From contig OY740804.1 in NCBI GenBank assembly GCA_963514005.1, positions 14,880,001 to 14,944,000 on the forward strand: 64,000 nucleotides of DNA, read 5' to 3'. The DNA is from Raja brachyura (taxonomy: Eukaryota). The translations under genes and the position numbers were made by a program. The notes under the pieces were generated by a model. It worked only from the letters and a program-made list of their open reading frames with translations, did no database searches and was not told the origin of the DNA. Shown piece after piece: positions 12,184 through 25,160 of the stretch. The stretch's first letter is position 1, and each line of letters starts with the position of its first letter.

Positions 12184-14181
12184 TTTGAAGGAACAACAGA
12201 TGCTGGTTTAAACCAAAGATGGACACAAAATGCTGGAGTAACTCAGCGAGACAGGAGAGAAGGAATGGGTGACGTTTTGGATCGAGGCCATCCTTCAGAC
12301 TGATGTTGGGGGGGGGGGGGGGGGAAGGGGGGGGGGGGTTAGATACAGTAGATAGATAAGGAAGTGTGAATGTGTGAAAACAGGGCAAAGGGAATGCAAA
12401 TCATGGAAAATGTAAAAAATAGAGCATTATTAGCCGGGAGAAGGTAACAACAAAGCAACAGAAATAAAATGTAGTCGGTGACAGTAAGACTGGTCGGAGA
12501 ACTGGAAAGGGGGAGGGATGGAGAGAGGGGGAAAGCAAGGGTTATTCAAAGTTAGAGGAGTCAGGGTTCATACTGCTGGGGTGTAAGCTGCCCAAGCGAA
12601 ATATGAGGTGCTGTTCCTCCTATTTGCTCTGTGCCTCACTCTGACAACGGAGGAGGTCGAGGACAGAAAGATCAGTGTGGGAATGGGAGGGGGAGTTAAA
12701 GCGTCCAGCAACCAGGAAATCAGGTAGGTTCAGGCGGACAGAGCGGATGTGTTCAGCGAAACGATCGCCGAGCCTGCGCTTGATCTCGCCGATATACAGG
12801 AGACCACCCCTGGAACAGCGGTTACAGTAGATGAGGTTGGAAGAGGTGCAAGTGAACCTCTGCCTCACCTGAAAAGACTGTCGGGGTCCTTGGACGGAGT
12901 CATTGGGGGTGGTATACGGACAGGGGATTGTACCTGGGGAGGGCGTGGTTTGAATGGGAGGGGACGAGTTACCAGGGAGTTGCGGAGGGAACGGTCTCTG
13001 TGGAAAACGAAAGGGGTGGAACGTGAGGACTAGGGGGACTCTGTCCCTGTTATGACTGGGGGGAGGGGGGGCAAGAGGGAAGCTGCGGGATATCGCGGAG
13101 AGGCTAGTGAGAGCCTTGTCTATAATGAAAGAGGGGAGTCCCCGTTCCCTGGCATGAAACACCTAATCTTGGGCGCAGATGTGGCATAGATGGAGGAATT
13201 GGGAGTAGGGGATATAGCCTTTACAAGAAGCAGGGTGGGAAGAAGTGTAGTCTAGATGGCTGTGGGAGACAGTGAGTTTATAGTAGACGTCAGCTGATAA
13301 TCAGTCTCCTGTGATGGAGACGGTGAGAACAAGAAACGGTAGGGAGATGTCGGAGATGGTCCAAGTGCAGGATAGTAATTAGTAGTAAAGTTAATGAAGT
13401 CAGTGAGTTATGCATGGGTGCACAAGGTAGCACCGATGCAGTCGTCAATGTAGCAGAGGTAGAGTTCAGGGATAGGGCCAGTGTATACCTGGAACAGTGA
13501 TTGGTCGACGTACCCTACAAAGAGGCAGGCATAGCTGGGACCCATGCGAGTGTCCATAGCTACACTTTGGATTTGGAGGAAGTGGGAGGAGTCGAAGGAT
13601 AAGTTATTGAGGGTAAGGACCAGCTCTGCTAAGCGGTGGGGAGTGTTGGTAGAGAGAAATTGGCTAGTTGTGCGGTGGAGGAAGAAACGGAGGGCTTTAC
13701 GACCTTCCTGGTGGGGGATGGAGGTGTACAGTGACTGAATGTCCATAGTAAAGATAAGGGAGTGGAACATGCAAAACGGAAGTCATTGAAGGGCGTGTGA
13801 GGTGTCTTCAACATAGGTGGGGGGGGGGGGGGGGGGGGGGGAGATAGGATGGAATCGAGGTATGTGGAAATTAATTCAGGGGGAGAGGAACAAGCAGAAA
13901 CAATGGTTCCGTTTGTGGATGTTTGGGAGAAGATAGAACCGGGCCACGCATGGCTGGGGAACGATAAGGTCGGATGCTTTGACAGCCGGAAGTGATTGCA
14001 TCTGAAATGGTCTGTAAGATTACGGCTGGGTTCTCATCTGTGGGATCACGGTCCAAAGATAAGTAGGAGGAGGAGGTGTCCGAGAGTTGTCATCTGGCCT
14101 CAGCCCGGTAGAGGTCAGCACACCAGACTACCACGGCAACTCCCTTGTTGGCGGGTTTGATTATAATGTCGAGGTTGTTAG
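12184..14181 (-). mobile_element. Penelope-like element (RT + GIY-YIG endonuclease), 5'-truncated and decayed
   Basis: RT motifs FTMDIQSLYTSIPH, AM.TRMGPSYACLFVG, YIDDCIG; GIY-YIG domain FTCTSSNLIYC.RC..GLLYIGE.KRRLGDRFAEH; flanked by AAATCTG (12177-12183 and 14182-14188) inside an HE1 SINE. Confidence 0.92.
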
Positions 14182-14188
14182 AAATCTG

Positions 14189-14350
14189 CTCATCTTTGGA
14201 ATGTGGGAGGAAACATGAGCACAAGGAGAAAACCCACATGGTCACAGGGTGAATTTACAAACTCCATACAGATAGCACCCCTCGTCAGGATCAAACTTGC
14301 CGCTGGCACTGTAAGGCAGCAACTCTACCGCTGTGCAATTGTGCCGCCCC
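14189..14350 (-). mobile_element. HE1-like tRNA-derived V-SINE, 5' part (3' part at ~11930-12030 and 12168-12183)
   Basis: minus strand begins gggcggcac..gcacagcggtagagttgctgccttacag with B-box-like agtttgatcc, followed by V-domain sequence. Confidence 0.8.
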
Positions 14351-14472
14351 AGTATGTTATGAATACAGGACAGTCGGCGCTGAAGTCTGCTGCACAGTCA
14401 CTCTCTGTCTGTAACTATCCCCATGCGACGGTAACTATAGTTAGCTGCACCCTGCCCCACAGTGTGACTGAC

Positions 14473-14603
14473 CTGATGTACGGCACCAATGGATCAACGT
14501 GATGCAACGTGACAGCTGTAATGAAGGAGAAGACGAAGGCGGCTCCTGACCAGATGACCAATGCAGCCGGAAGGAAGCTCATCCCCTGCTGGAACCACCA
14601 CAT
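14473..14603 (-). CDS. DRAM2: DRAM2 first coding exon (131 coding bp): [43 protein letters not shown](S)
   Basis: ATG at 14603-14601; N-terminus closely resembles vertebrate DRAM2 (MWWFQQG.SFLP.ALVIW); donor AG|GTcagt at 14472; probable acceptor tttctttccttctgatAG at 14662-14661. Confidence 0.96.
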
Positions 14604-15244
14604 CTCCTCCGTCAGTCCAGGGTTTCGACTCTCCAGAGAAAAATCACCACCCAACTCAATCTATCAGAAGGAAAGAAACACAATACCAGGCTTCAATGTA
14701 TGTGCAAAGTGAGCGACAGAACTAACTGTGAACAAGTCTTGCTCAGCAACAGCTTGCTGTATTTTCACTTCCCCATTTACCGATTGAACTTTATCCTCCC
14801 ACACATTTAGCGGAAACAGGCTTTAAAGTCGTCTGCATTTCACATCCCTAAACATGTGCAAAGTTTCACAGAGAAGGCGTAGGGGGTTTTCTCACACCTG
14901 CACTCTTTGGAAGTGGCACAGAGTATTTTGCCCAGAGAAGGGAAATCGAGTACTAGAGAACATAGATTTAAGGTAAGGGGGAAAGATTTAATAGAATCCA
15001 GAGGGGTAACTTTTTTTATACCAAGGGTCTTGGGTGCATAGAATGAGGAGGTAGTTGAGGCAGGTACTATCGCAACATTTAAGAAACATTCAGACAGCTA
15101 CATGGATAGGATAGATTTAGATGTTTATTTGCCAAATGCAGACATGGGGGGGGGGGGGGGGGTACTGGTGCGACATGTTGATTGGTGTGGGCAAGTTGGG
15201 CCAAAGGGCCTATTTCCAACTCTGTATGAGTATGACTCCAAGAC

Positions 15245-15395
15245 ATCTTTGGAATGTGGGAGGAAACTGGAGCACCTGGAGAAAACCCACACATTCACAG
15301 ATAGAAAGTGCAAACTCCACAAAGACAGCACCCAAGGTCAAGATTGAACCCGAATCTCTGGCGCTGTGTGGCAACAACATTTTTAGTGCTACCAA
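15245..15395 (-). mobile_element. HE1-like SINE fragment
   Basis: B-box-like gggttcaatc and V-domain gtgggttttctccaggtgctccagtttcctcccacattccaaaga on the minus strand. Confidence 0.7.
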
Positions 15396-17586
15396 CAGAC
15401 CTGCTGCAAAGTCAAATCATCAACTTTCCCATTGGGCACTCTGAAGACTGGAAATAAACATTGTCTGGTTTTTCGTTTAAACCTTTTCTCAACTGCACTG
15501 CACTGTTACTTTTATGGTTCACTTGTAATTTGGTGAACAGAAGGCTGCTACCCATAGTATTTGACAGCGCTTGGTATTTGATCCTTTGTGTAATGCTTAT
15601 CAATGATTTAGATGTTACTTAAGATGTCTGCACCCAACATTTAAAAAAACTGGGCACGTGGTGGAAGGTGAAGATGATAAACCTAGACTGCAGAAAGGTA
15701 CAGATGACCTGGTCAGTTGGGCAGAAAAGTGAGAACTCAGAGAAGAGAAGAGTGCACTAAGGCAAGGGAATACCCAATAACTGGGAGGATATTGATATGT
15801 TAAATCCCAACATTTAAGAAAAAGTTAGACAGGTACATGGATAGGACAGGTTTGGAGGGATATGGATCAAACGCGGGCAGGTGGAACTTGTGTAGCTGGG
15901 ACATGTTGGCCGGTGTGGGCAGGTTGGGCCGAAGGGCCTGTCACTCTATGACTATAAAGGGACATTGGAGATAATGTTCACTGATCCTCAAAATAGCAGG
16001 TTGGGTTGAAAAGGTTAAAGAGGCGCATTGAATCTTTTCCTTTATTAGCCGAGGTGCTGAACGCAAGGGGACAGACGTTTTGCCCATGAACCCGACTTGT
16101 TCTGATGTCACGCTTTTGAAGCAAGAACCAATGTTGAGAACATCTCATCCATCCAGCTCAACGAAGCCCCATTGCTCACCAAAGTCTGCCCTCTAGAGCA
16201 CTGTGTGGATACCAATTCAGTGCTTAGATGATGGTGAGAATAAAGTACATGAACAGAGAGGATAGTAAGGATAAAGCTAGTACAAATAAGAGGCATGAGA
16301 GCGGAAATATTAGTGAGAATAATATCTATGTGATAAGGAAGGAATAAGTGTCAATTTCAGGAAGAAAATAACAAGGCGAATGGGAGACACTATGAACACA
16401 AGGAGTTAAAATGTGCAACCTTATGCGTAAGTAAATTCTGCAGATAATAGGACGCTAAATGTCAGAAGATGCTGAAATAGTCAATGTATAATCGCAAACA
16501 CCGATCCCTGCAGAACTCAACTGGTCAGACCCTCAGCCTGAGTATTGTCTTCCACCACAACCCTTTGTCCTCTATCAGTAAGCCTGTTCAGAATCCAAAT
16601 GACAAAGTCATTGTTAATCCCATGCATTTTAATTTTCTGGATCAGCCCATCATGTGGGACTTTATTAAATGCCTTACTAAAATCCATGTAGAAAACATCC
16701 ACCCTCATCAATTACCTAACAATCTTGTACCATTCTGCTGTTTTACACATCATTGTATTTATTGCTGTATTTATTACTGTTTACTGTGAGCTTCATGTGA
16801 GCTAGGAATTTCATTATACCCTGGTGTGTATGACAACAATCTAATTAAAAACTGTTCACTTCTCCACTGTCCCATCTCATCCCTATGGCTCCTTTTTGAA
16901 ACATACCAAATTTGAATGCTTGGAAACAAATAAACCACACTCTGGACTAAAAAGCTCCTATCGCAGTCTCCTACCTCTCATCGAGAGAAATCTGGTACTC
17001 AAACCATGAATTACACCACATATTCATAGTACTAAGTCTACAAAACATATCCTATGCTTTTATTTTAGATTGTTTTGGTCTTAAAGAGTCTGCTTGTCTT
17101 CAATACAACACTGACTGTATTGCACGGATATCGTAATTCTGATCACAGGATCTTCCCTTCAAGACAACTTGTCAGCCCAGCCTACGTGACTAAAGGTCAT
17201 GGCAGCACATGATCACGGCTGACATTCCAATGCAGTTGGATTCTACAAAGCAATTGCCAAGTTAGATGTTGGACTTGCGCTTTTCCTGTCATGGGTGAAA
17301 ATGAAAGATCCCAATCACTGTGGGAAAACTCCGCGGATCTTGTCCCATAAATTCCACTGTCAAATAACTCAAAACATGTTCATTTTATTAATCTGCAAAG
17401 TACAGAGACTTTCAATGTAATATGAAATGACCTTTGGTTAGAGTGCTTAATTCACTACATAGTTAGAACTATTACAAAGAGAAGGAGGGAGTTAATGATT
17501 GAACTGGTCGGGAGTGAAGTCGTTAGCACAGTCGGATGTCCAGAATCCAACCTGTTACTCAAATACAGTAATCTCGTTTGCCTTAC

Positions 17587-17850
17587 CAGGATCCTGCAGT
17601 CAGAGAATCCACATTCGCGGGGAGCTGATGGTGCCGGTATTCGCACCAACCTCGTGGTATTGAGTGTCCGTCCCTAAACTCTGGGTTTCCTCAGCTTTGC
17701 AAACACTTTGTTTGGATCAAATTCGATGCCAGTCTCTACCAACACAAGTTCTCCACGTGAATTTGGTCGGTTTGTTGTCAGTGATACATTTTAAAAAGTC
17801 AATTCTATCTCAGCCACAGCACGTCCCTCCAGTAACTGTCGCACCCACGT
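17587..17850 (-). other. candidate DRAM2 5' UTR exon or promoter
   Basis: non-repetitive, CpG-containing sequence; strong minus-strand donor ctg|GTaagg at 17586-17585; E-box CACGTG at ~17754; left-to-right extent is a guess. Confidence 0.35.
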
Positions 17851-18499
17851 CCCCATGACTTCATTGTTTACACTGGACTACAGCTGGAAGTCTTGCTAAA
17901 TATAATTGAAAGATCCAACAAGGCTGACAAGAGAAAGCGTACTCTGCATGTAACAACTCCGGCTCATAGCCCCATCTGCAGGACATACCTACCATTCACT
18001 CCGTAACATTTTTGGCAATGGCTCAACTACAATGCAAAGCGTCTCAACTGGTTTTGGAGTAGTGAATTTTAGATTTCGCTCATCATTTTGCTTTCTGGCA
18101 TCACCCCTAGTTCTGGACTGCCAGAGGTCTAACCTGTTAAATCTAAATTACCTCAATTATATAATTGGTTTATCTTCAATAGAGTAATTTCCATGAATAT
18201 GCCCTCATAATCTATCCCTGCTTGTCCCAATATTATTGCCTAAATCTGTACTTCAACATTTCGATGATCAACATAATGCCCACATGTTGTCAAAAGGACA
18301 TTGGCACTCTTCTTAACACCATTTAAAAAAACTCGAAACAAAATCACAAACTTTGTTCGTTCTCAAGTTCACGGTATAGGAGTAGAATTAGGCCATTCGG
18401 CCCATCAACTCTACTCCACCACTCATGGCTGATCTCTGCCACCTAATCCAATTTTCCTGCCTTCTCCCCATAACACATGATACCCTTTCTAATCAAGAG

Positions 18500-21180
18500 T
18501 AATTGTGTCAGTTCCACAACTATGGTTGTGAGAGGGACACACCTGGCAACTCAACATTGTGGGGTTTTGATGTTTCAGATGTGAGAGGGAGTAGAGGGAG
18601 TAAAAGAGGTGAAGGAGTTGCTCTTTTAATCAGGGAGAATTACACAACAGCACCCGGAGAGGACATGATAGATGGTTCCACCACTGAGGCAATATAGGTA
18701 GAGCTCAAATATTAAGAAGATAGATACTCTAATCGGAGTGCATTGTAGGCCCCCCAATAGCCAATGGGAGTTAGAAGAACAGATAGGCCGACAGATTACC
18801 AAAAGATGCCAAAGTTGCCGGGTTATCTTAGTGGGTGACTTTAACTTTCCAAACATTGACTGGGACTTGCTCAGTACCAAAGCCTGAGACAGGACAGAAT
18901 TTGTTAGACGTATCGAAGAGGTTTTCTTGAAACAACATGTAAATAGTGCAAACATACAAGGTAACATACTGGATCTTATATTCGGAAATGAGCCGAACCA
19001 GTTTATTGGTGTTTCAGTGGAAGAGCATTTTGCGGATAATGATCACAACTGCATACATTTTATGATTGTTTTGAATAAGGATGTCTAACCCTAAGGAAGA
19101 CACCACATTGGAGTGAGGCAAATTACAACATTACTATGCAGGAGCTTGAGAGTATAATTAGGAGCAGTTGCTATTGGGTAATTCCGCATCTGACATGTGC
19201 GAGTCCTTTACAGGCCCGTTGATCGAAGTTTGTGATCATCCTGTTCCAGTAAGGTGAAGGGATAAGGATGACAAAGGATCCTTGGCTGACTGGTGGTTGT
19301 AAATTTGTCAAAAAGAAAGTGTATGCAAGATTTAAGAAGATGAAATCAGATGAAATTGTGGGAATATAAAGCAAGGGGGAAGGATGTGGGCACTTATCAG
19401 GGGCAAAAAGATCCTTTGGCAAGTAGCATTAATGTAAATCACAAAGCATTTTACGCTTACATTACAAACGAGGGTAACCAGGAAGAAGGTAGGATCCCTC
19501 GATAATGGAGCAAATTTGTCTTTGGACTCAGGAAATGTCGGCAAAGTACCAAATTAGTACTTTGCATCTGTATTCAACAAGATGAAGGACGAGGGCAGTG
19601 AGATCAATGTGGAGAATATCAATGTGAAGGGCAGTTTGTGAAGGAGGAAGTATTGGGGCTCTTGAAGAGCATTAATGTGGATAAGTCTACTGGCCTATAG
19701 GATCTCAAAAAGGCTGGCAGCATCATCAAGGACCCACACCACCCTAGCCACACACTCATCTCCCTGCTACCTTCAGGTAGAAGGTACAGGAGCCTGAAGA
19801 CTGCAACAACCCGGTTTGAGAATAGCTACTTCCCCACAGCCATCAGGCTATTAAACCTGGCTCGCAACTATGAACATTAATATCCCTCCATCTGTTATTT
19901 GCACTTTATTAATTTATTAAGTCATGGGTGTATTTACGTATAGAATTGTAGTCAATGCCTTCTATGTTCTGTTGTGCTATGCAAAGAAAGATTTTCATTG
20001 TCCTGTCAGGGACACATGACAATAAACTCTTTTGACTTTGACTTTGACTTTGATCTATCCCAGGATATTGAGAGAGGCAAAAGAGGAGATTGCAGGTACT
20101 TAGACAAAGATCTTTGCATCTTCTCTAGCCGCAGGCAAAGTCCCGGAGAATTGGAAAGTTGTTAGAATTGAAATGTTGTTCCTTTGTTTAAGAAGGGAAG
20201 TAGAGAGAATCCTTGGAATTATAGGCTGGTGAGCCTCACTTCAGTGGTAGGGAAACTATTGAAGAGGATTCATCGGGATAGGGCTTGCACCCATTTGGAA
20301 GAGAATGGGTATGCATGGATTTTACGGAGTAGGTTGTATCTTACTAACTTGATCGAGTTTTTTGAAGAGTTGATGAAGGTGATCAATGAAGGTATAGCAG
20401 AGGATGGTGTCTACATACATTTTAGTAGGCCATTTGATATAGTCGCCCATGATAGGCTGATCCAGAAAAATACCATGCACGGGATTAATAAGGACTCATA
20501 ACTGGCTTATTTATGGAAGGTGATATTCAGGCTGTAAGTCTGTGACAAGTGGAGTTCTGCAGGGCTCTGTGCTGGGACCTCAATTGTTTGTGATATATAT
20601 ATAAATGACTTGGAACTAAATGTAGATGGGTTGATTAGTAAATTTGCAGATGACACCAACATCGCTGGGATCATGGACTGAAAGGAAGGCTGTTAACCTA
20701 TACAATGGTGTATAAAGCAGCTACAGAAATGGACGGAGAATGGGCAGATGGCGTTTAATCCGAGCAAATGTAGGTCTTGCACTTTATACAATGAATGTCA
20801 AGAACATTAACATTATTGATGTACTTATGGATCTTGGAGTCCATAGGCAATAATTTTCTGAAAGTAGCAACACGTAGATTGAGCGGTAAAGAAGGCACTT
20901 GGTTTGCTTACCTCATCGATCAAGGCATTGAGTACAAGTCAAGAAATCACGATGCAGCTTCATAGGACTTTGATCAGGCCACCTTTGGAGTATTGGGTTG
21001 CCCTATTACATGAAGGATGTGGGGACATTGGAAAAGGTGAAAGGAGGTTTACCAGAATGCTGCCTGGATTAGAGAGTATTGGCTACAAGGAAAAGTTGTT
21101 AGACTTGTATTGTTTTTTCTGGAACGCCGGAGGTTGAGGGGAGACCTGATAGTACTATACAAAATGATGAGAGGCATGTC
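18500..21180 (+). mobile_element. old long CR1 ORF2 remnant (endonuclease to RT to 3' region)
   Basis: GEGVALLIRE, LVGDFNFPNIDW, FKKGSRENPWNYRLVSLTSVVGKLL, LTNLIEFFEE, KFADDT, LIRPPLEY motifs, heavily mutated. Confidence 0.85.
19706..20050 (+). mobile_element. Rex1/Babar-like LINE 3' end inserted in CR1
   Basis: IIKDPHHPSHTLISLLPSGRRYRSL..T.RF.NSYFP motif; (TTTGAC)n tail; GATCT on both sides. Confidence 0.75.
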
Positions 21181-21249
21181 CAAAAATGGAACAATGATAT
21201 TCTTACTTCCAGCAGCACAACAGATATGATTCCTGAATCTGGATATTCC

Positions 21250-21627
21250 CGTTTTTAGGCTCCTATATCTTCTTCCCAATGGCAGGAGTGAAATGAAGCA
21301 CAGCCAGTGTGTTGTGAGTCCCTGATCCTGCTGGCTGGCTTTTTGAGGCAGCACCTCCTATAGATCTCTTCAAGGGTGGGGAGGTCGGTACCCGTGATGG
21401 ACTGCACAGTGTTCACCACTTTTTGCAAACTTCTTCGTTCTAGGACATTCGAGTTGCTGAACCAAGCCGTGATGCAACCAGTCAATATGTACTCTGCCAA
21501 GTGCCATACACCTATAGAAGTTCAAGAAAATATTAATTGACATACTGACTCTCTTAAATCTTCTAAGGAAGTACAGGTGTTGATGAGCTTTCTTTATGAT
21601 TGTTTCAATGTGCTGGGTCCAGGACAT
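21250..21627 (-). mobile_element. Rex1/Babar-like LINE C-terminal fragment
   Basis: SWTQHIETIIKKAHQHLYFLRR, EYILTGCITAWF, LLPLGRRYRSL. Confidence 0.8.
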
Positions 21628-21737
21628 TGCCTATCCAAGTCAAGGACAAGGTCCAGTCAGAACTTTTTTTCCAAGATGGTAATATAAAATAATCGAGGGC
21701 ATAGCTTTAGGGCGGGAGGGGCAAAGTTGAAAGAAGA

Positions 21738-22890
21738 CTAAACTAAGTGGGACCCGTTGGGTCCCTTTGTCACACGGGAGGCCTGTTTCCCCAACCAAAT
21801 ATTCCACCACTGAGCCATAGCCCCCAACTGCACATGATCACCTGTCGGGCCCGCACTAACGGCAGAAGTTAAAATTAATAACTTTGCATTTAATATTTCC
21901 ATTACCTCGCAATCCCTCTTCCTACTCCTATCCTCCTCCATTCTCCCCTCATCTCCCAGCACTCTGTCCCCCTCCTCTTGACCGTCCCTCTTCTTTCCCC
22001 TGTCCTCCTTCCCTCCCCAGTTCCTCCCTCACCTCTACCTTCCTCTCTTTGCCCCTACCCTCAGTCACTCCTTCCCTCCATAACTTATATCTCCTCCCTA
22101 TCTCCCTCCTCTCCCTCTATCCCCCTTCCTCCCCCACTCTCCCTTCTCACCTCCCCCATTTTTCCCTTCTTCTCCCCCCATATCCCCTTCTCTCCCTCAA
22201 TCCCCCCAGCCTCCCTCCTCACTCCCAGGATGGCGATGAAATTGCATGAGGCGGGGGCCGTTGGGGGGGGGGGGGGGGGAACGAGCATCCTGGAGCCGGG
22301 CGAGGCCTTGAGGCGGGGACTGTCGGGGGGGGGGGGGGGGTGAGCGTTCTAGAGCAAGGGAGGGTTTGAGGCGGGAGCTGTTGGGGGGGCGACTGTTAGT
22401 AAATTGGTGATGATGTGGGGAGAGGGGGCAGAGAGAGGAAGGGGGATAGAGGGCTTTTTATTAATTGACCTTACATCAATCCATCGAGAATCAGTGAACA
22501 GCTTGAGTGTGTAGGACAGAGTTACTGGAGTGTGTCGTGTTACAGTGAGGGGTGTNNNNNNNNNNNNNNNNNNNNNNNNNNNNNNNNNNNNNNNNNNNNN
22601 NNNNNNNNNNNNNNNNNNNNNNNNNNNNNNNNNNNNNNNNNNNNNNNNNNNNNNNNNNNNNNNNNNNNNNNNNNNNNNNNNNNNNNNNNNNNNNNNNNNN
22701 NNNNNNNNNNNNNNNNNNAAAGGGGGTGAGAGGGAGGAAGAGAGAGAGGGAGGGAGGGAGAGAGGGAAAGGGGGAGTGAAAGCAGGGAGGGAAAGGGGAA
22801 GGGAGGGAGAGAAAGTGGGGAGGGGTGGGAAAGGGGGAGGGGGAGGGAGAGAGAGAGGGAAAGGGAGAGAGAGGGAGGGAGGGAGGGAGA
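21738..22890 (-). mobile_element. non-autonomous Helitron (spans the assembly gap)
   Basis: minus-strand 3' hairpin GGGACCC-AAC-GGGTCCC followed by ...TTAG|T; 5' A|TC; removal restores the CR1 sequence gaaga+tgtgt with no TSD. Confidence 0.65.
22556..22718. other. assembly gap (N run)
   Basis: 163 N bases adjoining GA-rich low-complexity sequence. Confidence 0.99.
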
Positions 22891-23037
22891 TGTGTATGGT
22901 AAGCTTTTTACAAAGGGGATTATGTTTTGAGCTGCCAGGATTGATGTGGAAGCACATTTGGCAGTGGCATTTAAGATACTTTTGTATAATCACATGCATA
23001 TGCAGCGAATGGAAGGATATTGATTATGCGCACAGAT

Positions 23038-24632
23038 AAATCCAGGTTAGTCAGGTAGTGGTGCCATGTAAATTGAATGGATTAAAGGCCGATAAATCCC
23101 CAGGGCCAGATAGGCTGCATCCCAGAGTAAGTAGCCCCAGAAATAGTGAATGCATTAGTGATAAGTTTTCAAGACTCTTTAGATTCTGGAGTAGTTCCTG
23201 AGGATTGGAGGGGAGCTAATGAAACCCCACTTTTTAAAAAGGGAGAGAGAAAACGGGGAATTACAGACCAGTTAGTCTAACATCGGTAGTGGGGAAAATG
23301 CTAGAGTCAGTTATTAAAGATGGGATAGCAGCACATTTGGAAAGTGGTGAAATCATTGGATAAAGTCAGCATGGATTTATGAAAGGTAAATCATGTCTGA
23401 CGAATCTAATAGAATTTTTCGAGGATGTAACTAGTAGAGTGGATAAGGGAGAACCAGCGGATGTGTTATATCTGGACTTTCAGAAGGCTTTCGACAAGGT
23501 CCCACATAAGAGATTAGTATGCAAACTTAAAGCACACAGTGTTGGGGGTTCAGTATTGATGTAGATGGAGAACTGGCTGGCAGACAGGAAGCAAAGAGTA
23601 GGACTAAACGGGTCCTTTTCAGAATGGCAGGCAGTGACTAGTGGGGTACCGCAAGGCTCAGTGCTGGGACCCCAACTATTTACAATACATATTAATGATT
23701 TGGACGAGGGAAATGATTGCAACATCTCCAAGTTTGCGGATGACACGAAGCTGGGTGGCAGTGTTAGCTATGTGGAGGATGCTAGGAGGCTGCAAGGTGA
23801 CTTAGATAGGTTTGGTTATTGGGCAGATGCAGTATAACGTAGATAAATATGGAGTTATCCACTTTGGTGGCAAGAACAAAAAAGTAGACTATTATCTGAA
23901 TGGTGGCCAATTAGGAAAAGGGGAGATGCAACGAGACCAGGGTGCCATGGTACACCAGTCAATGAAAGTAGGCATGCAGGTGCAGCAGGCAGTGAAGAAA
24001 GCGAATGGTATGTTAGCATTCATAGCAAAAGTATTTGAGTATAGGAGCAGGGAGGTTCTACTGCAGTTGTGCAGGGCCTTGTTGAGACCACACCTGGAGT
24101 ATTGTGTACAGTTTTGGTCTCCTAATCTGAGGAAAGACATTCTTGCCATAGAGGGAGTACAGAGAAGGTTCACCAGACTGATTCCTGGGATGGCAGGACT
24201 TTCATATGAAGAAAGACTGGATAGACTTGGCTTGTACTCGCTAGAATTTAGAAGATTGAGGGGGGATCTTATAGAAACGTACAAAATTCTTAAGGGGTTG
24301 GACAGGCTAGATGCAGGAAGATTGTTCCCGATGTTGGGGAAGTCCAGAACAAGGGGTCACAGTTTAAGGATAAGTGGGGGGGTCTTTTACGACCGAGATG
24401 AGAAAAACATTTTTCACACAAAGCTTGGTGAATATGTGGAATTCTCTGCCGCAGAAGGTAGTTGATGCCAGTTCATTGGCTATATTTAAGAGGGAGTTAG
24501 ATGTGGCCCTTGTGGCTAAAGGGATCAGGGGGTATGGAGAGAAGGCAGGTGCGGGATACTGAGTGGGATCATATTGAATGGCGGTGCAGGCTCGAAGGGC
24601 CGACTGGCCTACTCCTGCACCTATTTCCTATG
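23038..24632 (+). mobile_element. young CR1 LINE, RT domain to 3' tail, 5'-truncated
   Basis: [61 protein letters not shown]; few disablements. Confidence 0.95.
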
Positions 24633-25160
24633 TTGCTATAAGAGTTTGTCTTGGCATCATGTTCGGCACAGGGCTGAAGGGCATATTCCTGTGCTGCAGA
24701 GTTGTATATTCAAAGAGAATTCCAAAGATACAGTGAAATTTCAAAATTACAATATTCAGAAATCCTGATGGTTTGGCATGTGACTCACCAGATTATGTTT
24801 GCTAGTCATCCTTCCTTTTTCAGAGCTCTGATTCCTGCAGTCCTCTTACACTCAAGGAGGCTCTGGTTCTCATCCTCTATCAGCTAAACAGGATCCTGCT
24901 TCCCATGCTTCCTTAACTATAACACACCCAGTTCACTGCAAATTTTATTTTATGATTTCACACCATCTTAAAAGGATGAATTAAAATGTGTTGGGGTATT
25001 TTATGGGATTTTTGAAACAGCATCCAGTAATCTGGAAAACTTTCAAATCCAGCACCACTAAACCCCACGTGTACTGGATTTTCAATTAGCTGTAAATAAC
25101 TTTTGACAGAAAAAGTGGCACCTCATCTCTGTCATAATTGGGTGGCATTTAGTTTTCTAT

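Noticed and set aside
21884-23039. Pro/Ser-rich and Gly/Arg/Glu-rich ORFs
   Set aside because: Artefacts of CT/GA low-complexity tracts and the N gap inside a Helitron-like insert
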